Positions 12,757 to 26,012 of a DNA stretch of 64,000 bases are shown in pieces. The notes beneath the pieces are model-generated. The model was not told where the DNA came from, did no database searches, and saw only the letters and a list, made by a program, of their open reading frames with translations. A program made the position numbers and the translations under genes. Source of the DNA: Ancylonema sp. (lineage: Eukaryota); the NCBI GenBank assembly GCA_050230475.1, contig JBFLGF010000089.1:1-64000 (forward strand), read 5' to 3'. How positions within the stretch are numbered: the stretch's first letter is position 1; every line of letters starts with the position of its first letter.

Positions 12757-14388
12757 GGTGGTCGAGAATCTGGAGTGGTTTGTGGGGGGAGGGGAGAGGG
12801 GTCGGAGGTGTTATGGGTGAAGACTTGTGAGAACCGTACTTGGTTTATCTTAAACAAGTTGATTGCTATCACATCTCTCTATATGTCTAGACAAGCTAGG
12901 TAGGTGGAGGGGACGAGAACTTTCAGATGTAGGCAGAAGTGCAAATAGACGGAGTTCAAAACAACACCCAATCTTATTTACTCCGGAATGCAAATGATGT
13001 GAATAAGTTTGTTCATAGTTTTTTTCCTCCTGGACACGTTAAAAGAAGAAGGACGTTATGTAGTGATGGTCGTTACTCATCCGATGTCACACAAGAGCAA
13101 GAGCACGAGCCCAGCTCATGTCGCGATACGGAATCCGATCTTTTGTATTATCCATTCTGCAATTTGTACTTCGACATACAAACTTTTGCTTCTGACTTCG
13201 ACCTCACCTATCACATTCACTTTACAAATTCTCGTTTGTACCAAAACGTTGATACGTTAATACGTTGACACTGATATACTGATATACTGATATACTAAAA
13301 TAGCAATTTCCATTTCATACGGATTTTGTATAGCATGCAGCTTCTGTCACGATCATTGAGAACAAAGAATGCAATGGTAGTAAAACGTTGAGTGCGTTTT
13401 GTTGGTGGCCCGTAACTTGCTACTCAAAGACGATAACAATGTCATCCCTTGCAACAACCGGGAGATTACGAACGGATGAACGCACGAACAAAGTGCAAAC
13501 TTGTTACCCGACTAGTTGGACGTCTAATCACACCGATTGCGGCTTAAGAGCGGCTTGCAAACGATACAAAAACTACCGAGATGATGGAGCACGTGGTATC
13601 GACCTTTGGGTCTTATTGCTTATGATTTACTTGTCCAATGTGGGCTTTTCAGGCCGAAACCCCTGTCTGCTCAATAGCGTATAAAAAAAGAACCGTGGTT
13701 TACTCCCATGTTCTCTAGATGCGGTGTTTTACTTATCAAATACTTAGCATGCGCGGCTCGCGAGCATATATTTTAATTATTCGAATTGATTCGTGTGCCT
13801 TTCGCCATCACATTTCATATAACAATCAAATACAACATTGACTAAGTGTGCCACTTGTTATGTGGTCACACGTGTTTCTTATGCTATCCATATAAAACTT
13901 TCCTCACAGAGGGACTAAGGATTGGTTGGGAGTAGCTAGAGACAACAATTTGCGAGCTATGTTGTCATTAAGTGTGAAGGACATACGAAAGCACCGTCTT
14001 GGGGAGAGAGGCTGAAAAGAAACTAAAAAGTCATGTCCGAATAGGAATGATAGGGTCAATTCATAGACTCACATATGTGATTTGATCCAAGCGAACAAGT
14101 GCATACCGACGCATGTATTGAAGAACAAAGGGCAACCTAGATACATTTGATGAACTGTAGGCACGTGGGCAAATGACCCACGTGTCGAAAGAAAGAGACT
14201 TTGTGCTAACGCAACGCGTAATGCTCACGACCCATGCAAGTCCCGTGACTTGGATGTTGATGATGAAGTGTTGCTTATCCACCGGCACTCACAAAGAGGT
14301 CAAATATGAAATGTATGGGGTGATGTATGGTAGAGGTTGAAGAAACAAGGAGCAGTCTCTAGAGTCTCAAAGTTGGGATCCTTTCTCC

Positions 14389-17300
14389 TCACTTTTGCTT
14401 GTCTTTTTTAATGGCCACCAACACCTTAAGAGCAGCCACCCACGGAAAGCTGACAAGGATAGGCCTCCAAGTGTCGGGCTGGTCCGCATCTTCCTCCTCT
14501 TCTTGTTCCATATCAAACCCCTTGCGTCTGGCCAACCACCCACGATTGTATGTGACGTAGTACCAAGCGCTAGCACGGGCTCGTGCTTCAACGGAGTTTA
14601 CGGCCTTATTCCACGCGGATGCCGGGATCGACTGCCGATGAGTTTCTCCATCGTGCCATCCCTCTCTCGCATCTCCTTGTTGGCGATGTGCCTCCCCGTA
14701 GAGAAAGAGGGCCTTGAACTCATCCGTATGTGATTTGAAGGCGAGTTTGACGCGGTCTTTTGCGTCTCCAATGTCGCGTTTGGATTGGTTGGCGAGGTGC
14801 ACTACGTGGCCGGTCACAAGCTCGCCCTCGGTGGATATACCGAACTGCAAACCATCTCAATTGTCGAAAAAAATGTTTTGCCCCCCCAAACTTTAGGCTC
14901 GACGGCATAAGCATGCTTGCAAAGGGAGCACGCGACTATAGAGAGGAGAAGCCATCCACATATGTGAAGGTCACACGTGTGTTTGCAACGCCTCATTTTA
15001 TCGAACAAAGACATCCACAACTTTTTAGTGCATGGTGGTGGGAACGTCATTTGCATCGCTATTATCCTCCTAACCAAATTTAGTTTGCAATTCTAACAAA
15101 AAACATACTCCCGCGTTGCTCACATTACGCATCAGTTGCATATTCCCTTCATCCCATTGGCACTTGAGCTTCCACGCCTCCTCCAAGTACTTCTCGTATC
15201 CAGGCACCACCAAGTCCTCATCAAAACCAGAAATCACGCTGGCCTCACTCGGAAACCGTTGCGTCTCCTCTTCACCTTCCACAACTTTAATTCTTGGGCC
15301 TTCTCCAACACCCATCGTGTGTCCGGTTATCTTCTCCTTGATGGATCGATACATGCGTCCAATCACTTTGTTGGACTTGTATGACTCCCGACCCTGCCTT
15401 TCCATGAAGTCTGGAAAAGTATCGGGCCGTAAATCCCTTAGCATCACGCCGGGCTTGCCGGTTTTGGGGAAGTCGACGGCAAGGGCCGCTTCCTTGGCGA
15501 GCCTCAGACAGTTTGGGTCCTTGGCCCCCATATCGCTCATGTCCGCGTGGACAACATGAGCGTTGCATATCACCCCCAAATTTGCATTGGTCATATGGTC
15601 GACAAAAAAACGGCACAAGCCCTGCAAGACAGGGGAAAATATCACTAACTCAAGCCCAAGTGATGTTGAACGCGTTCAAAACGCACATATGTTACTTCTT
15701 TGTTGGATCTCTTTGCATCAAAGTCAATACATAGTCATCGCACAAAACGAAACGAGACTACAACGACCATGGAGGTTAGACGACACACAAACATGGCCAC
15801 AACACAAAATTCGCCAACAACAGAACACTCTATCCTTCGCTACACGCCTTCCATTCAATGCACACCTCTTCTTGCACGGTCTCAACGAGGCTGGTCGACG
15901 CCTCGAGCTCCATCGGGGTAACACTCGCAAGCGGAACAAGACCTTCGTCCCACGAAACGAGGTAGATATCTCCGTCAAAATCGCTCCCAGAAGCCTCGCT
16001 AGCGTGAGATTGGAGTCACTTCGTTGGCAGCACGAGCTCGTTTACTTTGTGGTGCAAATATGGAACATCGACGGCTTCCAAAACGCGGATGTCTCCCGGA
16101 TGCAAGCAAGGGTTCTTCCCGAAAAACACCCGCCCCGTGATTACCCGAGGTGTCGATCCCCGCCCTCTAGCTCGGTTATTTTCCGCAGCTTCGGTCGGAC
16201 CCGTCACTTGGATGAAACATTGCCCGTACTGCATCATAGTAACACACAAATTGTTATTACAAAAATAAAATAGTGTAGAGTCAGGCACGTCCAACCTGCA
16301 TCCTAAACGATACTCGCGTGTTTTTTCCTCGGAACAGACTCGTACTACTAAGAAAAAGAACAACGAAGAGTCCAAGGAATTGGATGAAAGACAATGGCGC
16401 GGTGAGAGTATCGGTTCATTAGAGCTCAAATCCGTTGTGAAGCGGAACAAACACAAAATTTTAAACGAACACAATAACCCCATGATCATTTTGACGAGAT
16501 CGGTTACCTCCAATGTTTTTGTCTCATCCACCGTTCCTATGAGCCACCTTCCTTTGGGAACAAAGATCCTCGTCTTGGTCGAAAGATCTCCCACCTTCAC
16601 CGCTCTGGGGATCATAGGAAGGCGCATAGAGACATGGATCATTGCCTTGGAAGGGGATGAAATGGACCTCTTTCTCTTCATTGCACCTCTCACTCATCCA
16701 CGAAATAGACGAAAGTGTGATTGTTTGCATTGTGATCTGGCCTATAGACATGTCGCTCTGATATTGCATCTGATTCATGTATCCGTGAACTATCTAAACT
16801 TGACCGTATCTTGGCCGAGTATTCACTTAAGATTCTTGTTCATATACGTAACTTAATGATAAAAAACTTAATGAACTTTATGATACATGTTAATGTATCA
16901 TAATGTTTGTGTGTTGTCCATGCCTGATGGCTAGAATCATGTTGCGAAGGTGTGGGTCGCGATCGGGTTCAAACCCCGCCCTCAACATCGTGATTGCCGC
17001 GCTGTGGATGTCGGATGTTGCTTCCATAAACGACAAAGCATCCGCACGACTCTCTAATACGGAATCCAGAGTCTCCACCATTTTCTCCTACGTACAACAT
17101 GGCGGAGGAGGAACTTCATGGGAAGCATTTTCTTTTTAATTCTCGGATGTTCCAATAGATGCAACCACCTTTTTGTCAAATACTTACTTCTATATGACAA
17201 TCCGCGCAATGGAAACGGTTTCCAATGGTACGCATGGTTTGAAAGGAAACAACGACACGCATCAACCATACATAATAATATCAATTCATCGCACCCAACA

Positions 17301-20200
17301 AGCATACGTACTTCACCCCTAGGGCGGAGAGGATGGTGATGATCTGACGGTTCAAATAGGCGGGCATGAATTTCGCCCAGTTCGAAATCTCCAAGTCCGT
17401 GTGGGTGCTCGGGAATTTGAACATGCTCTCTCGGAACGTGATTTTGTGCGTCTGCGGTATACTGTCCGTGGGCCACGCGGCCAACACGCCCTTGTAGCCG
17501 GCGTAACTGCAAGAGTGGAGAAAAGGCCTAGATTAAGCCAATTAGATAAGAAAGGCGGGGTAAAAAAGGGGGGTGGCAAGACGTGGATGGCACAGAAAGC
17601 ACGATCCATGTTGACATGAGTTTAAGATAGATCTAAGTTAATCTTTACCATCAATCTTCATCACGTATAAATCCCACAAACATAGTGGAAATTTGACGTT
17701 ATCAAACGTGCAAGCAATTCATGAGAAGTCATCATGTTGACAATTCGTAAAGACACGCACCGAATCTGATACGCCGAAGGCGATTCGAAATCCGCATATT
17801 CCAACCGCTCCCTCAGTGCTTGCGCAACCTCTTCCGCGAAATCCATCCTCATGAGCCCAATCCCATCCGTGAAAATGTTTTTCTTCTCCCTCGCGCCCCC
17901 CTCTCTCTCCATATCCGGCAGGCGCGTAGTTTGTCTCGCGGGAATTTTTTCGCTGACTTTTGCCGACGAGAAGAACTGTCCCATCCTCGCCAACCGCTTG
18001 GCGGTGTTGGAGGTGGACTCGAAATTCCCCATCATGGCGCGGACTTTCTGGAGGGAGAGCTCCCCGGGAACCGGCGCGAAGAACCAGGCCGACTTCCCGC
18101 GTAGCTGCGATGTGGACGAGGCGAGGAAGTCAAAGTGGAGGCCGCAAAAGTTAAAGCCCTGGAAAGAGAAGAATGTGAGAAATAACATCGGAGATGGATG
18201 AGTTTTGGTCGCATACGAGGCAGGGAAACAAGTTGGTGTTTCGTAAGACTAACTTCCGGATGGGATTTGGAAAGAATGACGTGAGGACTCTTGCTACGTA
18301 AGATAATTTACCAGTAGGATCCCGCGATGTATGGGTGGTATAAACGAGTTTCCTCGGCAATCACTTTCATTGCAATCCAAAAGAAACAGTTGAGGGTGTG
18401 TTGGAAAGGCAGTGACGTAAACCTGCAGTACGATTTGCAGGATCTTGTCGTAAATGGTTGTCTTTTCCTCAACCCGCTCCCTCATCCCCCACACTGTGTG
18501 GAGGAGTGCAAAAGGAGATAGGTCCATCTCCCGCTCGTCCTTGAAGACGACCCTCAAGAAATGATCGGAGTAGTGTCGGAAATGGCGGAGGACTCGGTTA
18601 GGATACTCGGGCTCGGCAGGGAACGCTGCGGATGGGGATGGGGGAACAAAAGGGGAAGGCAAGGGGACGGGGAGTGGAAAGAAAATCGAAAAATCAATCT
18701 GCGGTTTTAGAAGGACATCCAAGATTGCAAGTTGTTAGTCATTCATCGAGTTTCGAAGACATGTTATGAGAGGTATTGTTTTGACTTGACCAAGAAATTT
18801 CGAGAGTCTGAGGTGTACTTCCGGGTACCATGCTCTATGAGGGAACGCGGGCGAATATTACAAGGAGTTATAAGGGTGGGTAGATCACTCTTACACTCTT
18901 TGTTTTGGTAAAAGTCAGAAGTGACGGCTAGTCAGTATTGGTGACAACGTGAAGTTTAATGTTACACCTCAATCACTTGTATTGTGGTATCGGTCTCGAA
19001 TTTCCATCATTGGGAACACTTGGAATCCTCACAAACTGGAATGCGTAAAGACCAAAATTAGTTTCGATTGCAATGCTTCCAATATTGGATTGAGGAGGTT
19101 CATGTTCAAAGAAATTATTGTAGCGTCACAAGTTTGATGATACACATTATCAGAATCCTTGTCCCAAAATGAAGCAGGATCTCTGAGGCACCAACAACTA
19201 TCACCTACCTGCAGCAGAAGTAGGAGTGATGACCACGCGCCGAACCAACACATGCGTGCCATGATGAACCAGACTCCTCTCATTCAGAGTCCAAGAAAAC
19301 GGCCCGTTGTCGCGTACCCGCCCCGCCTCCACCCTGAATCGCTGGGCAGCGTTTGGTTCCGGTTTGCGGTAGGGCAGCATGCGCAAGAGGGCAGATTCTG
19401 CCACGTCAGCATCCTCTCGGAGGACAGCCGAGTTCACACGTTGCACTTCGGAAAGCGAAATGATGCCCTTGAGCACGAGAGCGGACACCAAGAAATCGAG
19501 ACGGAATGGAATCGCACCCGTCCCTCCGTAGAAGTACGTTTGTGGAGGGATTTCGATCTCCTTCTTCCTTGTGGAGATGAAGTGAGCTCCCGTGCGAAGA
19601 AGTTTGATCCAGCGGCAGGTATCTAGGAGCCGTTTCGAAACCGCGTCAACATCTTGTAGAAGGTGGGAGGGGAAGGTGAGGACCATGACTTTCCATAGGC
19701 CCAATGAACCGCCGGTAAAATCAATGCTGCGAGCCCAGATGTCGTCATCTTCACCCTGCCACGGTGGACTGCCCCCCCACAGAAGGATGGATGACTGGTC
19801 ACACGAATGTACATGCGGGGGGCAGCCGAAATCAAGGACGAGTGACACTCCTGATGTGGTCACCACAGGCCGACTAACCCTCTGCACGTGTCGCAACAGC
19901 CACTGGATCGTGTGCGCAGGGCCAGTTTGGCCATCCGACGTGTCCCTACAGAGAATCCGCAATTTCTTGCTGGCGTGGTCAAGGGCTACTCGTACGTTGT
20001 CCGCCTCCCAACCGACGTTGAATACGTGGTACTTGTCAAAGCATCCTAGCTCTACTCGGCCATCCCCGGGAAGAGGAATATAAGCTTTTCTTGTCGGCCG
20101 GGATCTTTTTCCAAAGTGCCAAAGTGAGATAGGCCATCATCTTCGATCAAATGTTTAACGAGGGCGGCAAACAGCTCTTCCATTTCAACGTGGAGCACAA
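14389..20200 (-). pseudogene. RDR6: RDR6-like RNA-dependent RNA polymerase, distal copy (RDR-A), probably disabled
   Basis: Nine exons with VRRVVITPT, NRVLRHF, FLASSTSQLR, ARMGQFFSS, FTDGIG, SAYQIR/YAGYKG, KNPCLHPGDIRVLEAVD, EASGSDFDGD (DFDGD at 15968-15982), AVDFPKTG and ASAWYYVTY. In-frame TGA at 16016-16018 and an apparent frameshift near 20060-20135. The 5' limit is approximate. Confidence 0.85.
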
Positions 20201-20491
20201 TTCGAAGGGCCAAACACCGTCAATGAACTGCAGGGAATCCAGCACATTGCAGACGAGATACACTTTTCACAGATTAGCGCATCTTTTTTCCTCCTCACAT
20301 CTCAAGCGCACGACACTTGGGTAAACGAGTCACTTCGCGCCAACGACTGCTCGGTCATGTCAGCAAATGGGGAGCTCCGCTCGATTGTAGATCCAGCTGA
20401 GCTGGACGAGCTCCATCGCTTTTCGCAAGTCTGGACGACACGGTGGACGTAACCGACACGTCGTGTCGAGGAAACGTACGCCTACCGTGTC

Positions 20492-22914
20492 TAGTGTTGG
20501 GGCCCACCCGCCACCCTCGTCCACCCGCGATCCGCTCGGGTCCGAAACCCACCCCACCCTGAGCACTTTGGCGGGTGCTATAGTGCCCACCCCCCTCCCG
20601 CCCTCCACCCGCCTTCCACCTGTCCCACCCGCGATGCACCCGCCGACCCGCCAACAATGGCGGGTGGGCGGGTTAAATGGACATTTTGAGTATGAAAACT
20701 TTTACAAAACAAAATACAAATGCTTATTAAGCATTACTTAACATACAAAATTAGAAGAGAAGTCAAATTTCTCGGATTTCGTACAATTTGCTCTATACCT
20801 TCATAGCATTTTGCTTACTCTGTTCATGTTGTTTTTCGGGTTGTTCCATCAAATTATGCTTATTTTGCACGTGTTATAATTGGGTCACCTGTAGGTGTTC
20901 CCCATGAAGACGGAGAATGTAACTGCCGTGATGGAGACAGGGGGGTTCATCGCGTCGCGACTCGACGAAGTGGTGCGGATGTTGGAGGAGAAGTATGGAG
21001 TTCAAGTGCTCGCAATGACTTCGGATGCGGCTGCAAATTGCAAGTTGGGCAGGAAGATTGCGTTGAAGTATCGGAAGGACATTCTTTCTTTGGATTGCGC
21101 TACCCATTTGGTGGCGCTGATCACATGATATTTTTTAAAGGTGGGTGTGACAATGTATTTAAATATGAATATTTAAATCATAAAAGTTTGCCAGTTCTTA
21201 TATCATATACATATATGGTTCATATATAATGACGGCTCATCATTCTGACAAGTTGAGCACGTGTGCACCGCGGCGATCGAGAAGGCGACAAATATCATCG
21301 ACTAAAGTGGTTCATGAGTCACTCGCTTGCAAACGAGATGAAGATGAAGGCGAAGGAGCATTACTGAAGAGAGTCGCTTTCTTGGTGCTTCATGTGTCCA
21401 ATCGTTGCTTTTTCATGGCGGATGCAATCTGTGCACTTCTTGAGGTAGGGTGTTTTTTAGGTGGATTCCTTTGGATTTTTGGGGTATAGTTTATTGCTTT
21501 GTGTTGTACTTTACGTAGGTGCAGTTGGCATTGCACTCACTCGTATTGGAGGAGGGCGCCTTTTTGAGATCTCCATCAATACCGGCTCTGAAGGAGAAAG
21601 TGGAGTTTGATCAGTTGGTGCAAAGACGAGGGGTTTTGAGCCCTACTAAAAATTGGTGAGCTAGTGATATTTACTTGCTACACATTCAGCATCACCATGA
21701 GTTTGTAACGTGCGGTGGGTGTGGTGGTGCAGGTTGCAATGGTTGTGGTGCCACTGAAGGTGGTCAATATCATTTCCGGAATTCGACAAGGCGACGCTGG
21801 GGGACGTCTTCAAGCGCATCTGCCAACTGTTCATGCATTTTGGTATTGTGGAGGATGAGGAGGTGAAGAACATCATGCAAAAGTCAAATCGAGGTTTGTA
21901 CCCACTTGTTCCAGCTGTTTTTCGTCTCGTTTCATGATCATCAATTGCAGCAAACCTCTAAACTCATTCAAACCATTGAGTTTCACGGACATGGAGAGCT
22001 ACATGTAGAGAAGTAGTGAGGTTTCCATTGTGCCTGGAAATTGTTTTGTATCGCTACTAGCACTGGTGTAAGTAATGAGATATTTTTCATTTGCGAGCAC
22101 CCTTGCAAATAGGCACATAAACGTCTTCTTGTATTTATTGCATGTTGTTGACTACTAGTAAGTTGAGTTTTGGTTGTAGATGAAAGAGATTGAGAAGTTG
22201 TGTCTGTAGATGTTCATCTAATATTAGTTAGTTGGCTACTATACTTAATGCAACAATGGTTCAAAATGTGCAACATTTTATTGGTCATTCCATGCATTTC
22301 ACTGTTTCATCCACACAAATAAACTAGCTTTGCTTCCTTACTTTGGGGTCGGTTACCGTGCGACAATATGAGTCACACTCTATATGGGCTACTCAACATG
22401 CACGTAGCCAAGACTTGAATAAAACATCGCCCAATTAATGCCAAATTGAAAAACATCCTTTCACGCACTTCATCGGGCGGGGTCAACCACGTGGAATTGC
22501 AACGGCCACCGCCACTCACACCAAAAAAAAAACTCAATTAACATGGATGTATGCATGGAACTCCTCACGTGATACTTCCGAGTTGTCCGTGTTGTGTATT
22601 GTTTCATGTACAATACCCTTGCACTAGGGGAAATGTCAAAATTGTCCGAAAACCGAGAAATCGGACATCTATTCCATTTTTTTGTGTTAAATAATACTTT
22701 GTATGCATTTGTTCATTCTTTTGTAAAAGTTTTCATACTCAAAATGTCCATTTTACCCGCCCACCCGCCATTTTGGCGGGTCGGCGGTTGCATCGCGGTT
22801 GGGGCGGGTGGAAGGCGGGTGGAGGGCGGGCGGGGGGTGCTGGCGGGTCGAAGGCGGGTCGCGGGTCCGTTTTCAACCCACCCGGCGGTATCTGGCGGGT
22901 GGGCCCCAACACTA
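20492..22914 (+). mobile_element. hAT DNA transposon with decayed transposase and a perfect 8-bp TSD
   Basis: 22-bp TIR TAGTGTTGGGGCCCACCCGCCA / TGGCGGGTGGGCCCCAACACTA. TSD ACCGTGTC at 20484-20491 and 22915-22922. Remnant peptide VLAMTSDAAANCK...LDCATHLVAL matches the hAT TDxAxN / CxxH motifs. Confidence 0.93.
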
Positions 22915-25327
22915 ACCGTGTCCAGCCTGGGGATCGGTGAGCTCTGCGCAAATAGTGATCGGGGAGCCCGCCATGGGACTCCGGATCGGGGCTCACGAGC
23001 TCGACGAGGTCCTAGAAGGGGCCCGTACTACGAGCCCGGGCGAGATCGTCGGGCCCTGCTTGATACTCAAAACGGGCTCGCGGGGCTCGACGGGCTCCCT
23101 AGGGAAAATGTTGGGCATCATTCGGTTGACTAAAAAAGAAACCAAAAACAAACGCGATGTCCCAACTCGGTTCATAGGATTACGTTTATAACGACATATG
23201 TTGTTTATTTGATAAATAATCCAAATGGTCAAGTGCTTTGATGAACGCACGATGTTTCATGACTTCTCGGTCATGTTGATCACGGTCTCGATTTCATGGC
23301 TAGGTGCTGGCCGAGCTCCATAATATTTCGCACGGCTCGAGGACACGGTGGAAGTAACCGAGACGTCATGTCGAAGAAATATTATCGTGTCCAACCTGGG
23401 GATTGGTGAGTTCTGCACACCGTTCTTATCGCACATCTGCGCTCATGAGCACACAATATGCTCATGATCGCGCATTTGCGCTCATGCCGATGACATTAAA
23501 CCCTAGAGATAAAATACCTTAGAATGAAGATAACTTCGATATAGTGACACTTTTTTTAATTTTTTATTGATTCGTGTGCAATGCTTCCCTCGATATGAAT
23601 ATAACAACCCTCCAAATAATCACAATTAAATGTACCAACAAAAACTACCGAATGTCATCACATGTGTATCACAGTAAATCTCGTGTAACCGGAAAAATGT
23701 CTTCCCCAAAACCTGAAAATATATAAAAGCATATCGTGTGTTGGCATCGGTTGACGTACAATCGCTCACGGCACAACACGAGCGATCACTAGCAAGCACC
23801 CTACCAAGGCGACCGACACGTGCAAAACAAACGAGCACACACGCGGACTTTCATCGACACATGTTCCAACATCGCATACATCACACGCAATCTCACGATA
23901 TCAAATGGAACATCACATCTAGCACCTTATGCACCGAACTTATTCACTTTTTGATCCTAAAAACGACCTTCTCGTCGAGTGGCTTGAGTCGCTATGAGCG
24001 CATCCAAAAAAAATCATGACAATGATTTCCTCCAAACTATAATACATGATTCCGACGTGCGCGTTGGGCAAAAATCCAGAGAAACTATTGAAGTGACATA
24101 AGAAATGTCTCACATACATCGACTCAACAAAGAACCGGTACCCGTAGCGGTTCGAACTTTAAATCGCTTGGATTTTTTAAGCGGTTCCAATCACCTCGAA
24201 ACGCGCTCTCGCCTCTCTCTAAACCACACGCTCATCCACCGTTGATGTTGTTTTGCAAACAATCACGTGCACGTCTTGTCTCACATATCACGTGAAAGTG
24301 CACCTCGAGTTAATAAACATAGACATCAACCATTGGCCGTTGGCAATCACCATTTCGTCATTGATGGTTGAAGACATGATAATAATGGTATGTCATGTTA
24401 TATATACCACTCACACATCGGATAATTACCCCTCACCCCATTAAATTACATTCAGGTTGTAATATTGGGATTCACCCCGGTGATAACGTCACAAAATCAC
24501 CAAAGTTGGGATGATATTATGTCACGGCACGAAAGCCGTGTAATTTACACTTTGCCGGTTCGGACCCAAGGTTTTAACGAAATGAGGAAATCAATCTAGG
24601 ATTTCAGGGTCTACACACGTAAACATCAATGAAGCACGTACCCGACATTACACATACGTGCCATCATACTCTATGATGGCACGTGACTACGCATTATTGA
24701 TTCCTACACATGAATAAGTCTTAGCGCTAAAACTACGAGATCTCGCGCTATTAGAGCCGCGATGTCGTCAAAGGACTGCTGAGATTACGATCGATGCTCA
24801 CCGGAGGTTGGGTACCTCTTCAATCACGAGCCAATCACCGAAAATCGCAATTGTAAATGTAACATTCACGACCCTACCCATACTTGAGCTTTAATCCGAT
24901 GGCTACCACGACTACAAATCACGTCACATGTTTAGCACCGGTGTAAATGTTGTCGCTACACCAAGTGGCCGCCGATTTCACAAGTGAGTTCCCCCATTAC
25001 TACGAGTGTTGACTCGATCATCACTATTACTTTGTTCCACACATTTTTTGACAAAAAAAAACCGAGTGTATATATTGTGCGATAATCACACAACCGATTT
25101 TCTCATCAAGCTTCATAACAATTCACCTTAATTCAAAGTGTATTACATCGAGAGGAAGTATCACGTCCGACACATGGTGTGTCAAACTTGCCCGACTTGT
25201 TTCTGAGTTGTTCCCCAAATTCACACCAAACCATATCACTCGTCCGCAGTACCGTGCGACAAACAAGACACTCAATGACACCCGTACGTCACATCTTACG
25301 AGGGTTAAATTTGTGAATCCCGTGAAT

Positions 25328-25691
25328 CATAGCTCCACGGAAAGGCACCAATTTTGTTTCGAACCGCGGCCCATCCGGGTCCGAAATCGGGTCCCGGTCG
25401 GACCGCGATATTTATATTTTTAATTATATTTCCCCGGCAATTTTCGGGGAAGAATGGACATGTTGTGAAATTTTCAGGGTGTACATTTGTTTTCGAAACG
25501 ATTTCTCACAATGCACAGGCCAAAATATTATTTTCCTCCAAAAGAAATTAAGAGTTATTTCGTAAAACCACGAGGAAAAAATAAAACGAAAGTACCCTAA
25601 TAACGCTGGTTCAACATTTTGGCCCAATCAGACGGACCTCGGTCCGGAATCAGGACCTCAAAACCGTGTTCCGCCAATCCGTGCAACTCTA
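25328..25691. mobile_element. hAT-type MITE, family A copy
   Basis: Starts CATAGC and ends ...CCGTGCAACTC. Shares the TTTCGRACCGCGG and CACAATGCACARGCC blocks with 4971-5329. Confidence 0.65.
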
Positions 25692-26012
25692 TTGTGAATA
25701 AGAGGACCAACCCAACGTTAAAATAAGCAAGCAACTCCTTGACATCCACAAGGAATCTCGATGTAGGCCAACCAAGGCGATCCAAATGTACTCGCACAAC
25801 AAACTCAAAACACTCATACCCACACTCGACTTAACGTGATTGGTGCTATTCTATGAACGAATCATGTAACTACAGTTAAAAACAACTGTAGCAAAACGCG
25901 TCCCCACTACTAGAGCATACGACAATAGACAACACTGTACAATGTCAACATCCAACGTCAAATATCACTCAACACAAGCTCGTGAGTTGTCACGACTACA
26001 TACAATCGCAAA

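Noticed and set aside
10371..12872. Long Pro/Leu/Ser-rich minus-strand ORFs (similar ones at 26162-27573 and 38843-40564)
   Set aside because: Antisense shadows of G-rich coding exons and microsatellites.
15999..16019. A 21-nt GT...AG segment whose removal would skip the RDR-A stop in frame
   Set aside because: Far shorter than the other introns here, no polypyrimidine tract, and it would delete conserved residues.
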